Source: Octopus vulgaris
Lineage: Eukaryota
DNA length: 64,000 bases
Assembly: GCA_951406725.2 (NCBI GenBank)
Contig: OX597820.1
Coordinates: forward strand, 79,236,001 to 79,300,000
Direction of reading: 5' to 3'
Of the stretch, positions 1-13,045 are shown piece after piece (position 1 is the stretch's first letter; each line of letters opens with the position of its first letter). The notes beneath the pieces are model-generated. The model did no database searches. It worked only from the letters and a program-made list of their open reading frames with translations, and was not told where the DNA came from. The position numbers and the translations under genes were made by a program.

Positions 1-1243
1 TTCTTTATAACATTTTAAACCATAATCTTTGATTTCTTTGTGAAAAAAAATTTACATTTTTCTTTATGACATTTTAAGCCACATTCTTTTAACTAATTGA
101 ATATTATTTCTAAATTATTTCAATGTTTTTCATCCAAGAAATGTTGTCAACCAGCCACGCCTAAACTTAATTATTATTTTTCATAATTAATTGTCTAATT
201 AGGTTATTATTCGTTGAATAATCAATTTATAATTTCATCATCATCCTCATCATCATCATGATGTCTATCATTACTATTATTGTTGTTGTTGTTGTTACCT
301 CATGATGATGATGATGAAGACAACGACTTACCAAAATTACTTTATATTCCATAGTTTATTATTTCGTCAAATAATTTCAACAGATTATTTCTCCATCATA
401 TAATTTTGTTAAATTTCTCATAATACTATTAAACAGATCTAGTTTAAGAAAATAGCTTACCAAATTGAAATTAACTGGAATGGCATAGGAGACATAATTT
501 TTTAAATGCAGAAACAACAGAAATACAATAGACAAATGGAAAATGTGTTGGGAATGTGTTGTGTGCTTGTGCATGATTTATAGTGATTGAGATTATAACA
601 TTCCCCCACCTGGATGGGATGCCAGCCTATCACAGCGTTAACTTCCCAGTTATTGCTCAGCTCTGGGTGCATTGCTTCTTATAGCAGAAACAACTGTAAG
701 CTAATGAAAGTGATTATGCAACACCAGTATTATTTTTTTTGTCATTTATTAAAGGTGTAGCTGTGTGGTAAGAGGTTTTCTTCCCAACCTCATGGTTCTG
801 GGTTCAGTCCTACTGCATGGCACTTTGGGTAAGTGTCTTCTACTACAGCCTTGGGCTGACCAAAGTCTTGTGAGTGGATTTGGTAGATGGAAACTGAAAG
901 AAGCCCATCGTATATATCTATGTGTGTGCACATTTGTGTTTGTCCCTTACCATTGTTTGACAACCTGTGTTGGTTCGTTTACATCCCCATAACTTAGTGG
1001 TTTGGTAAAAAGTGACTGATAGAATAAATACTGGTAGTGGTGGACTGGCCAGATTGCCAGCTTGCCTGATGGCAAGTGGGCCCCTGCACCATTAGAATCC
1101 ATATATGGGGGCCCATCCCCTCAAGTTTGATAAATTTTTATTCACTCCTGGAAGAATGCATTAATTATTTCCGCCAGGCTGTGTTTGTAGACAGTTGAAA
1201 AGAATACTTTTAACAAAAAAAAAAGAAAATTAAATGATAGCAT

Positions 1244-1474
1244 TGTAGTTGTGGGTGAGCCCCCTTGTAGTTACAGGTGGGTCTCCTTGTAGTTGAGGGT
1301 GGGCCCCCTTGTAGTTAAGGGTGGGCTCCCTTGTAGTTGTGGGTGGGCCCCCATGTAGTTGCAGGTAGGTCTCCTTGTAGTCGCGGGTGGGCTCCCTTGT
1401 AGTTGTGGGTGAGCCCCCCTGTAGTTGCGGGTGGGCCTTCTTGTAGTCGCGGGTGGGCTCCCTTATAGTTGTAG
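1244..1474. repeat. GC-rich minisatellite, ~22-bp unit, ~10 copies
   Basis: Repeated variants of ttgtagttgtgggtgggccccc. Confidence 0.9.
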
Positions 1475-1612
1475 ATGAGAACCCAGGTTCAAAATTTCCC
1501 CAAGACACCTGATGAAGGCTGGAGGGTATATCAACCGAAACGTTGTGTTAACAATAAACAAGATGAGGACAAATATCCGTCAAATGTAAATAATGTAAAT
1601 AATGCAAATAAT
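1475..1612 (+). mobile_element. 3' part of hammerhead-bearing SINE-like/PLE-associated element
   Basis: gagaacccaggttcaaaatttccccaagacacCTGATGAaggctgg...ccGAAACgttgtgtt...tgtaaataa; same family as 6000-6765 and 44287-44621. Confidence 0.75.
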
Positions 1613-2880
1613 GAATAAGTGATATTTTAAAAAAGAACATTCAAATTTATAGAGAAATTAGAAGTATAACAGGCATGCATATATATATATTCCTTTACTC
1701 CTTTATTTGTTTCAGTCATGTGACTGTGGCCATGCTGGAGCACCGCCTTTAGTCGAATAAATTGAACCCAGGACTTATTCTTTGTAAGCCTAGTACTTAT
1801 TCTATCATTCTCCTTTGCAGAATTGCTAGGTTACGGGGATGTAAACACACCAGCATCAGTTGTCAAACGATGTCGAGGGGACAAACTCACACACACATAT
1901 ATATATATATATTTATACAATGGGCTTCTTTCAGTTTCTGTCTACCAAATCCACTCACAAGGCTTTTGTCTTTGGTGAAGACAATTGCCCAAAGTGCCAC
2001 GCAGTGGGACTGAACCCAGAACCATGTGGTTGGTAAGCAAGCTACTTATTACACATCATCATCATCATCATCATTTAACATTCGTTTTCCATGCTGGTAT
2101 GGGTTGGACAGTTTGACCGAAAACTGGTCAGCTGGAGAGCTGCGCCAGGTTCTAATCTGTTTTGGCATGGTTTCTACTACTGGATACCCTTCCTAATACC
2201 AACCATTCAAAAGGTGTAGTGGGTGCATTTTACATGCCGCCAGCAGGGGTACCAGTTATGAAACACCAGCATCAGCTATAACTACGATCTCACATGGCTT
2301 GACAGGTCTTCTCAAGCACGGTATATTCTTTTCTAATCTACGCACAAGAACCAAAATTTTGGGTGAGGGGGCTAGTTGATTAGATTGACCTCAGTATGCA
2401 ACTGGTACTTAATTTATCGACCCCCAAAAGGATGAAAGGCAAAGTTGACCTCAGTGGAATTTGAACTCAGAACATAAAGACAGATGAAATACTGCTAAGC
2501 ATTTCGCCCGACATGCTGACATTCCTGCCAGCTCACCGCTGGCATCAAGCATGGTTTACTGCCAAATGTCTGTTTCTTTGAAGGGTGCTTTTTACGTACC
2601 GCAGGCATGGGTGCCAGATATGCGACACTGACATCAGCCATAACTACGATTTCACTTGGCTTGAAGGGTCTTGTCAATCATGGCATATCACCAAAGGTCA
2701 TATATATATATATATATATATATGGAGATATTACATTCAGGTCATATAAATATTTACTTAATATTTACTGAGTATTAATTGAAACAGCTGTAAGGTATGA
2801 TGATTAATTTGCTGTTAATAATAAACAATTATTAACTTCCGAATCTCCATTTTCTTTTTCTTCTTTTAAATGTATATATA

Positions 2881-3049
2881 AGGCGCAGAAGTGGCTGTGT
2901 GGTAAGTAGCTTGCTTACCAGCCACATAGTTCCGGGTTCAGTCCCACTGCCTGGCACCTTGGGCAAGTGTCTTCTACTATAGCCTTGGGCCAAGCAAAGC
3001 CTTGTGAGTGGATTTGGTAGATGGAAACCGAAAGCTTGTTGTATATATC

Positions 3050-3082
<33 letters not shown>

Positions 3083-3301
3083 ATGTGTGTGCTTGTGTGT
3101 CTGTGTTTGTCCCCCCAACATCGCTTGACAACCGATGCTGGTGTGTTTACGTCCCTGTAACTTAGCGGTTCAGCAAAAGAGACCAGTAGAATAAGTACTA
3201 GGCTTACAAAGAATAAGTCCTAGGGTCGATTTGCTCGAGTAAAGGTGGTGGCTCAAGCATGGCTGCAGTCCAATGACTGAAACAAGTAAAAGAGTAAAAG
3301 A

Positions 3302-3303
<2 letters not shown>
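2881..3303 (+). mobile_element. tRNA-derived SINE, most abundant family in window (representative full copy)
   Basis: Head with A/B-box-like TGGCTGTGTGGTA / GGTTCAGTCCC, internal (TA)n(TG)n, tail gactgaaacaagtaaaagag. Other copies at approx. 752-1030+, 1692-2055-, 8695-9430+, 9510-9890-, 10640-11080-, 11385-11770+, 37020-37350-, 39385-39755-, 49870-50265+, 51728-52090+, 60935-61275-, 62765-63195+, 63290-63730+. Confidence 0.85.
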
Positions 3304-3347
<44 letters not shown>

Positions 3348-3574
3348 ATAACATATGGATCCTCTCTCTCTTTTAGTTAGGCACAGAATATGGCAGGAAT
3401 GAGGTAATTGTAGGTTGTAACTTCCAGGTTTTATCTGGGAGGTGGCATTTAGTGGTGTTAAGTCGAGTAAGATTGTATCAACCAAGAATCTAGACTTCAT
3501 CACAATTCTGACTCATTGGTCATACTCTGTAGTATAGTTTTGTTATGAGAATATGAGAAAAAGAAGGAGTGACA

Positions 3575-3677
3575 ACGAGAGAGGGAGAGAGAGAGAAAGA
3601 CACAAAGAAAGACAGACAAAGAGTGAGGAAGAAGGGGAGAGAGAGAAGAAAGAATATATAAAGAGATAGAGAGAGAG

Positions 3678-3717
<40 letters not shown>

Positions 3718-3945
3718 GAGAGAAGAAAGAAAGAAAAAGAGACAACAGACAATGAGAAAAAAATGAGAGAGAGATAAAGGAGACAGAGAGAAAGAGGAAA
3801 AAATAGACAGAATGACAGTAAGAAAGGAGAAAGAGGAGAAAGAAAGAGGGAGAGTGAGAATGAGAGAGAGAGAGAGCAAGAAAGAAAAAGAGAAAAATAG
3901 AGAGGAAGAAGAAAAAGAAGAGAGAGAGAGAGAGAAATGATGTGA
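3575..3945. repeat. Imperfect (GA)n polypurine tract
   Basis: Direct inspection. Confidence 0.9.
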
Positions 3946-5999
3946 CTAAAGAGAAACATTGTAAGTGGCCTTCAAGTAATATATTAAATTTCTTAAAGAG
4001 AGAATGGTAAACGTTGATGCCAAATGGCTACTGTACTTAAATTTTCAACATCCATTTATTAGAGGTGGGTGGAAGGATACGAGACTTGTGTATAGATGAT
4101 GTCTGATGTACTCTTACATGATTCCATGATGACCAAAGTTTCACTGGAACTGTAGATGTGGCTGATAACATAGAAATCAATATCTCCATTTGTACTTCTA
4201 GCAGAAGACCGGGTGATTTCCTTTCGGCTTTTGACACTCCTGTCCTTGTCCTGTTCAAATGTTTTATCTTTCACTGGTTTCAGTCATTAGACTGCAACCA
4301 TACTGGAGCACAAATCAATCCCAGTATAGTAGTTGCCATTATTTTGAATGACTTCTTGCCATTTGAACATGTTAGAATGAAAGAATGAGATTGAAGCAGA
4401 AAAAAATGATCGAGAGGAGAGAGAAGGAGTGAGGTGACGCTGGTAACGATCATACTTGAATAGCTGCTCTGGCAACAATCATGCTCGGATGCTTCGCTCC
4501 ATATAATCTCGGAGTGGTTGGCGTTAGGAAGGGTATCCAGCTGTAGAATCTCTGCCAGATCAGATTGGAGCCTGGGGCTACCATCTGGTTCACCAGTTCT
4601 TAGTCAAATCGTCCAACGCACGCTAGCATGGAAAGCAGATGTCCTTGTCCTGACGAAACTATATAAATAACACCCCTGTTCTGGTTGCTGTTTAGCCCCA
4701 GGTCGTCCTTGAATGAGCAGGCTTTTGATCAAGGTCCTTCAAGCTATAACATTTCCATCCTCTTTTATTAGATATGCTGTCTCCAGATCTACATAATCTA
4801 GTGTTCCCTTCTTCTTCTTCTTCTCCCCCTCCTCCTCCTCCTTCTTCTTTGTCATTGCCGTCGTTGTCATCATCATCATCATCATCATCATCACCATCAC
4901 CATCACCATCACCATCATCATCATTGTCATCACCATCATCATCACCACCACCATTATTATCATCATCATTTGTCACCACCACCACCACCACCACCATCAT
5001 CATCATTTAATATCCACCTTTCCATGCTTGCAAAGGTGAGAAAGAACTTGTTGAGTCAGATTTTCTACAGCTGGACATCCTTCCTGTCATTAACACTTAC
5101 CTGTTTCTAAGCAAAGTAATATTTCAACCTAGTCAGACATGTTTTTCATGGAAAACTGGAAATGAACAACCTCGCTTGTATAACAATGAGGCTCATTTAC
5201 AACCATCATATGATGTCTGGACAAAGGTACACACACGGACACATACTATACACAAACACATACACACACATACATGTACACACACACATATACACATACG
5301 TCAGTGTCCCATGACTGACTCCTATGCCAGTGACATGTAAAAAGCACCATCTGAACGTGGTCGATGCCAATGCCCCGACTGGCTCCCGTGTTGGTGGCAT
5401 GTAAAAAGCACCCACTACATTCTCAGAGTGGTTGGCATTAGGAAGGGCATCCAGCTGTAGTAACCCTGTCAGATCAGATTGGAGCCTGGTGCAGCCTACT
5501 GGCTCTCCAGACCTCAGTCAAACCATCCAACCCATGCCAGCATGGAAAATGGATGTTAAACGATGATGAAGATGATGATGATTAAACGATGATGATGATG
5601 GTGATGATGACATCAATATACACATGCATACACACAAGTAGAATAATAAATGAAATAAGGAAAGCTTCTAACCATACAGACATGAAAGTTGAAAACACCT
5701 TTACCTATTTCAGGTGCAAAAACCCGTCTTCAGAAGAATACAGGTGCTTTCAACATGGTACCAACATTGGTTCTTTCTATGTGGTGCCAACACAGGTGCT
5801 TTTTATTTCATTATGTATATTAAGGTATACATGAATATGGGTTATTATGTGTGTCAAAGTATATATGTTATTGAATATAATTTGTAAACATAAATCCATT
5901 GATAGGATGGGGAGGGTATGAAATGAGAGTAGGGGTGGATGATGTTTTTAAATTTGACAATAAACTGTTTGTGCTACAAATGAAGAACAGGATAAAGAA

Positions 6000-6765
6000 C
6001 ACACAGTTCTATATTTAAGAGATGAGGAATTATGTACATTATTTACATTTGACGGATATTTGTCCTCATCAATTTTGTTGTTAACACAACGTTTCGGCTG
6101 ATATACCCTCCAGCCTTCATCAGGTATCTTGGGGAAATTTCGAACTTGGGTTCTCATTTCTAAGGTATTTTTTTATGTTGTTATTATTATTATTATTATT
6201 AGGTTGTCCCAAAAGTTCGTAAACACTTGCGAAAATTGAATTTTTACTCGCCAAGTACTAACAAAAACAACAAAAATTATTCCTCAAAATAAAGACCATT
6301 ATTTTCCAAGACTTTCTACGAACTTTTGGGACAACCTTATATTATTATTAATATTATTATTATTCAGGTGACTGCCTGAAATTGAACTAGGAATCTTGGG
6401 GTTAGTAGCCTGCGTTCTTAACCACTACACCATGTGTGTGTATATGCATGTGTGTATGTGCATGTGTGCATGCATGTGTGTGAGTGTGCATATATGTAAA
6501 GAACACAAATGGGGCTCGTGGGCATATGGTGTAGTGGCTAAAAGCACGGGCTACTAACCCCAAGATTCCAAGTTCCATTCCAGGCAATGACCTGAATGAT
6601 GATGATGATGATGATGATAACAGCATTGAAAAATACCTTAGGAACGAGAACCCAGGTTCAAAATTTCCCCAAGACACCTGAGGAAGGTTGGAGGGTATAT
6701 CAGCCGTAACGTTGTGTTAACAATAAACAAGATGAGAACAAATATCCGTCAATTGTAAATAATGT
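6000..6765. mobile_element. Head-to-head pair of tRNA-headed, hammerhead-containing SINE-like elements with 11-bp TSD
   Basis: Minus copy ~6003-6433 and plus copy ~6515-6765; aggataaagaa duplicated at 5989-5999 and 6766-6776. Confidence 0.78.
6201..6337. mobile_element. Tc1/mariner-type MITE nested in the (TAT)n tract of the SINE-like element
   Basis: TIRs aggttgtcccaaaagttcgta / tacgaacttttgggacaacct in TA context. Confidence 0.8.
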
Positions 6766-7344
6766 AGGATAAAGAAGAATCAATAGAATGGAACCACTGA
6801 ATTCTTAATGATGGATTATGGCTGGATTTATAGATAAGAAATTGCTGGCAATTCACTGAAGCTGACTAAAGCTGATCGAGCTGAGAGTGATATCAAGGAA
6901 ACTGTTGTTAAAACAGCAGAGTAAGTCTATGCCCAGTCATGTATGCCTCGAAAATGTAAATATAGATGCACAAATATATATACAAATACACAAACACACA
7001 CAGTATGTGTATATATGTGTGTGAGTGTATAGGTTTGCATATTTTGTGAGTGTGTGTATATATATGCATACATGTGTATGTACGTGTGCGTGTGCATGCT
7101 TGTATATATATAAATAGATACGTATATGTGTGTGTGTATCATCATCATTATCGTTTAACGTCTGCCTTCCATGCTGGTATGGGTTTGTGTGTGTATGTGT
7201 GTGTATATATATATATATATAAATATGTTATGTGTGTGCATATGTATATATATATATCATGATCATTCAACATCTGCCTTCAATGACGACATGGATATAT
7301 ATATTACTATATTGTAGGAATGAATGTGTGCATGTATGCATGTG

Positions 7345-7402
<58 letters not shown>

Positions 7403-7416
7403 CACATGCATACATG

Positions 7417-7453
<37 letters not shown>

Positions 7454-8261
7454 ACATACACACACACATACATATAGAGACAGATAGATAGAGACAGACA
7501 GACAGACAGACACAGAGAGAGATATACACAGACATAAATGCATGTGCCTGCATGTATATTATCTACCAACCTATCTACATACATACACACAGAGAGACTT
7601 ACCAACCTACCTACCTTCATACATATATACATACTTACATACATACACACACATATATACATACACATACATACATATGAAAAATTAGAACATATACACC
7701 CATTGTGTGCTTGTAATAATGAGATAGGAGTGTACAAACAGCCAACACATGCTTTTTTAAAAAGGCACAGATATAACAGATAAATTGATAAATGCTCAAA
7801 AATTTCAAGTAAATCACAGCAATGAATCAAATGTACATGCTTGAGTGATCTCCAGAGAAATCTGAAGATCACTCAAGCACGAACATTTGTGTCAGATTGA
7901 ATCGCTGTATATCACGTTGTTGAGCACAAATACACGCATATATAAACATTTACAATTATTCTTGTAAGCACAGGCATTGATTGTGGATGATTATCAATGT
8001 TAATATATGTTAATACACATTAAGATATGCATATTTTAGTAAATCCAAAATAAACAAAATACAGGTGTATCAAATATCATACAACATAAATTTATGATTT
8101 ATTAAAATTGTCTCTGCCTTTTAGAGGATGTACTGTAATTATCAAATGGCAATTACGATCAGTTGCACTTGATTTGGGAGATAATATTAAGAAACTAGAG
8201 TTTCACCTTTTTGATACTAATCTGTCCAAGATTGCTTGTTGTACATGTAATGTGTGTGTTG

Positions 8262-8292
<31 letters not shown>

Positions 8293-8493
8293 AGTATGTG
8301 TGTGCGTGCATGTCTGTGTGTGTAAGTGTGTGCATGTGTTTACATCTGGGCACTCTTTGCATATAAACAAACACTGACCCCACAAGTGGTGAAGTTTGCT
8401 ATAAACCAATTCCCCAGTAATGTATATTTGTCTAACACAAGCTAGAATGGAAAAACATATAAAAATGAATGAAACAAATGAAAATTTACAAAC

Positions 8494-8601
8494 CTTACAA
8501 ACCCTCCATATTTGTGAATCAGAAGGCCATAGCTCTTTGTCAGATCTTGGCAACTTGTAGTTTATAACAACCTCAGGATAAAGGATTTGGTCATTTTTGT
8601 T
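8494..8601 (-). CDS. DCDC1: DCDC1-like exon (99 or 108 nt, phase 0; two tandem donors)
   Basis: ctattttcag|AACAAA...; NKNDQILYPEVVINYKLPRSDKELWPSDSQIWR(VCK); donors AGG|gtttgt after 8503 or AAG|gtttgt after 8494. Confidence 0.85.
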
Positions 8602-8854
8602 CTGAAAATAGAAACGCAAGAACTGTTTTGGAAAAATAAATTTAAATACCAGCACAGATAAAGCAAGAAAGATATTTTATACGAGTGAACTAGACGCAGG
8701 TGTGGCTGTGTGGTAAGAAGCTTGCTACCCAACCACATGGTTCCGGGTTCAGTCCCACCGTATGACACCTTGGGCAAGTTTCTTCTACTATAGCTTCAGG
8801 CTGACCAAAACCTTGTGAGTGGATTTGGTAGACAGAAACTGAAAGAAGCCCATC

Positions 8855-8894
<40 letters not shown>

Positions 8895-10895
8895 TCATCA
8901 TCATCATCATCATCGTTTAAAATTCACTATCCCCTGCCCCGACTGGCTCCTGTGCTGGTGGCATGTAAGAAGCACCATCCAAACGTGGCCAATGCAAGTG
9001 CTGCCTGATTGGCCCTTGTGCCTGTGGCACATTAAAAGCACCCACTACACTGTTGGTGTGATTGGCTTTAGGAAAGGCATCCAGCTGTAGAAAACACTAC
9101 CAGATCAGATTGGAGCCTGGTGCAGCCTCCTGGCTTGCCAGTCCCCCAGTCAAAACTTCCAACCCATGCCAGCATAGAAAGCAGACGTTAAACGAAAATG
9201 ATGATGATGATGATGTATATATGCATATGTTTGTGTTTCTGTGTTGTCCTCCCACCATTGCTTGAAAACCGATGTTGGTGTGTTTACATCCCCAAAGTTT
9301 TGCAGTTAGGCAAAAAAGACTGATAGAATAAGTACTAGGCTTACAAAGAATAAGGCCTGGGGGCCAATTCGTTCGACTGAAGTGGTGTTGTAGCATGGCT
9401 GCAGTCAAATGACTGAAACAAGTAAAAACATACCAGTAATATATTGCGTTATATCTCACATATGATTCTTTTATTTTGGTGAATTTTTCTCTTTTAATCA
9501 TTTATCTTTTATTCTTTACTTGTTTTAGTCACTGGGTTGTGGCCATGCTGGAGCAACATCTTGAAGGGTTTTAGTTGATCAAATCACCCCACCCCCACCG
9601 CCAGTAGTTATTTTTTTTAATATCTAAGTTTGGTAGATATTTTATTGAACTCTTTTGCCAAGCCACTAAATTATCGGAATGCAAAGAAACCAACACCAGT
9701 TGTCAATCCTTGGGATGGGAAGGTGGATAAACGTACACACACATATACACACATACATATGCAATAGGTTTCCATACAGCCACTGCCTGCAAAATCCATT
9801 CACAAGGTTTTGGTTACCCCAGGGCTATAGTAGAAAACACTTGCTCAAGGTGCTGTGCAGTAGGACTGCACCAGAAACCTTACAGTCATAAAGCAAGTCC
9901 CAGGACACGGTACTTAAATCTAAATTCTTCAGATCTCCGAGACAAAGCAAACTTACATCAGAGATTGTGTAGGATGTTCCTTACAATAGACAAATGAATT
10001 CTTCAGGAACAACCAGATTTATTTATCTCTTTCTGTTATCATGGAATTTGTGAACAATGGCGTCAAGAATGAGTGATTTTCAATGGAGCAGTCAATGGTT
10101 CAGTGAATTTCAGACAGAGAGGAAGAGAAGACTGGATCAGTCCCTTGGTTTCATCATCGTCGTCATCGTTTAACGTCTGTTTTCTATGCTGGCATGGGTT
10201 GGACAGTTTAACTAAAGGATGGCAAGCCAGAAGACTGCACCAGGCTCCAATCTGATCTGGCAAGGTTTCTACAGCTGGATGCCCTTCCTAAGGCCAACCA
10301 CTCTGAGAGTGTAGTGGGTGTTTTTTACATGTCACCAGCACAGGGGCTAGTCAGGCAGTAATGACATCGACCATGCTTGAGTGGTGCTTTTTACATGCCA
10401 CCAGCACAGAGTCAGTGATGCAATACTGGCATTGATCATACCTAAGTGGTGCTTTTTATGTGCCACCGATATAGGAGCCAGTCAGGTGGCACTGGCAACG
10501 ACCACGCTCAAATGGTGCTTTTTACGTGCCACTGGCACAGGAGCCAGTCAGGTGGCACTGGCAACGACCACGCTCAAATGGTGCTTTTTACGTTCCACTG
10601 GCACAGAAGCCAATCAAGCAGTCTGTTGTTTTTCTTTTATCTTTTAGTTAGTCATTGGATTGTGGCTATGCAGGAGCACTGCCCTGAAGATGTTTACTTG
10701 AATAAACCAACCCCAGTACTTATTCTGTAGGTCACTTTTGCTGAACTGCTAAGTTTTGGAGACATAATCAAACCAACACCAGTTGTCAGGTGGTAGTGGT
10801 GGGTGGAGACACACACAAAGACAACATACATACATAGATACATACATACACACTAATTGAAGAGATGGCCTTCTTCTGTAAAGAAGCAATAATCA

Positions 10896-10947
<52 letters not shown>

Positions 10948-11177
10948 CAAGTTTTCATACAGTTTCTATGAACCAAATTCCATTCACAAGAAAATTGGTC
11001 AAGCTGATGCTTTTGCAGGCCAAGTTACGATACGCTTGTGATTTGTGAAGTAAACTTCTTAAGAAAGCAGCCAAGCCTGCAGCCCTCTTTATTCACCTTT
11101 TGTTACAGAACTCTGAGAGAAAATCACAAATAAATGAAATATTACAGTCAATGGAAATATTTGCCATCACAACCAAC

Positions 11178-11298
11178 CTTATGTTGCAGAAAATGCCATT
11201 CTTTCTCAAGTTCATTTCTCTCTAAATCTTCGACTGGAAGAAGGAATTCTGATGAGTCATTCACTGGGAAATTGTCGACAGCCAGCCATTGAGACGCT
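11178..11298 (-). CDS. DCDC1: DCDC1-like exon (121 nt, phase 2 to 0)
   Basis: ctatatctgcag|AGCGTC...CATAAG|gttggt; ASQWLAVDNFPVNDSSEFLLPVEDLERNELEKEWHFLQHK. Confidence 0.88.
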
Positions 11299-12621
11299 CT
11301 GCAGATATAGAAAACAGGAAAACGATAATTATCTGAGAGAATCTCAATCAGAAACAAAACAATATCGAGTAGTAGATTATATTTATAGGTGTAAGCATAC
11401 TTCCCAATCACATAGTTACAGGTTCAGTCCCATTGCATGGCACCTTGGGCAGATGTCTTCTACTATACTCCAAGGCTGATCAAAGCTTTGTGAATGGATT
11501 TGTTAGATGGAAACTGAAAGAAGCCCATCATGCACGTCTGTGCGTGTGTCATTGTGTCTGTGTCACTGCCTGACAACCAGTGTTGGTGTGTTTACGTCCC
11601 TATAACTTAGCAGTTCAGCAAAAGTGACTGGTAGAAATAAGTGCCAAACTTTTTTAAAAAATAAGTATAGGGGTCATTCATTCAATTAAAAATTCTTCAA
11701 GGTGGTTTTGTGCCCCAGTATGGCCACAGTCTATGACTGAAACAAGTAAAAATATAAATGATAAAAGGCAAAAGATATAGAATTTGTGATGAGTGAGAGA
11801 GAAAATCTAAATTAAATATATTTCATCCATTTTGTTCTTTAGTCTTTGAGTGAAAATTGAAACTTCTAATCCCACCAAAATTTATCTAGAAATGATTATC
11901 TCCCTTGTTGGCCACCAGGGTTCACTACATGTCTGAAATATCAAATATATGAGATTATTTAAAATGGATTCCTTCTGCCTCTTTGGATGTCAAAGAGACA
12001 ACATTATAGATATGAATATCAGCCATGGCTGCTCTCGTCTCTGCCAATTCACTCCATTTCATTGCAAAGAATATGGCCAAAAGGTTAGCATTTACAGAAG
12101 AAAATCTGCTGCCTTTTTGCTGACAGCAATTCTAATTGCCAACAATTAGGAGAGGAATTCATAATGATCTCAGTTCCTACATTGAAGGCCACAACAAGAG
12201 GATGCACTGTAAATCTGCAACAAATGTCAATAAGTTCTTCACTGTGAAGCAGATGATGATGATGATGATGATCTACAGGTCAGAACATAATATCCATCTT
12301 CTTCACAATGATTCTTATTGTATCACCTCCCGTCACACAGCAGTCAATATCTTTTGTAGTGAGGCCTTATTCCATTATGATATTATTGTATCCGTATTTT
12401 TATTCTCTTATTCCCTTTTTTCTTCTAAAGGGCTTTTTTTTTTCATGTATGCATATAGTAATCAGCACTGTCATTGTCACCACCACCACCACCACCATCA
12501 TTCAACATCCATGTTGCATGTAAATACACTATGTTCATAGAACATGTTTATGACCCTCCATGAATCCTGATACTTTTTGTGACATCATTATACATAAATA
12601 TATATTATAGTATAGTATGTA

Positions 12622-12703
<82 letters not shown>

Positions 12704-12707
12704 ATAA

Positions 12708-13045
12708 GTGAAGGTGTATGGTTCAGTGGTAAGAGCATCGAGCTTACGATTGTGATGTTGTGAGTTCGAATCCCGGACCGGGCTGCATGTTGTGTTCTTG
12801 AGCAAGACACTTTATTTCACGTTGCTCCAGTTCACTCAGCTGTAGAAATGAGTTACAACATCACTGGTGCCAAGATGTATCGGCATTTGCCTTTCCCTTG
12901 GATAACACTGGTGGCATGGAGAGGGGAGGATGGTATGCATGGGCGACTGCTGGTCTTCTATAAACAACCTTGCCTGGTCTTGTGCCTTGGAGGGTAACTT
13001 TCTAGGTGCAATCACAAGGTCAGTCATGACCGAAAGAGGTCTCAG
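12708..13045 (+). mobile_element. tRNA-derived SINE (second family)
   Basis: A box TGGTTCAGTGGT, B box GAGTTCGAATCC, body gtgttcttgagcaagacacttta...cactcagctgtag. Confidence 0.75.

Noticed and set aside
4037-4274. Overlapping minus ORFs as the possible next DCDC1 exon
   Set aside because: No recognisable homology, poor polypyrimidine tract, and no phase-compatible frame resembling the expected continuation
4692-5010. Acidic/poly-Ser low-complexity ORFs (also 22460-23700 and 46202-46569)
   Set aside because: Trinucleotide microsatellite mosaics without supporting splice structure or homology
11097-11112. 16-nt micro-exon with a good acceptor just after exon 11178
   Set aside because: It would shift the frame and needs a ~65-nt intron; the direct join to 8601 fits better
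12708-12785. tRNA genes suggested by A/B boxes (also ~6520, ~39280, ~60520)
   Set aside because: These are SINE heads continuing into SINE bodies, without a complete cloverleaf
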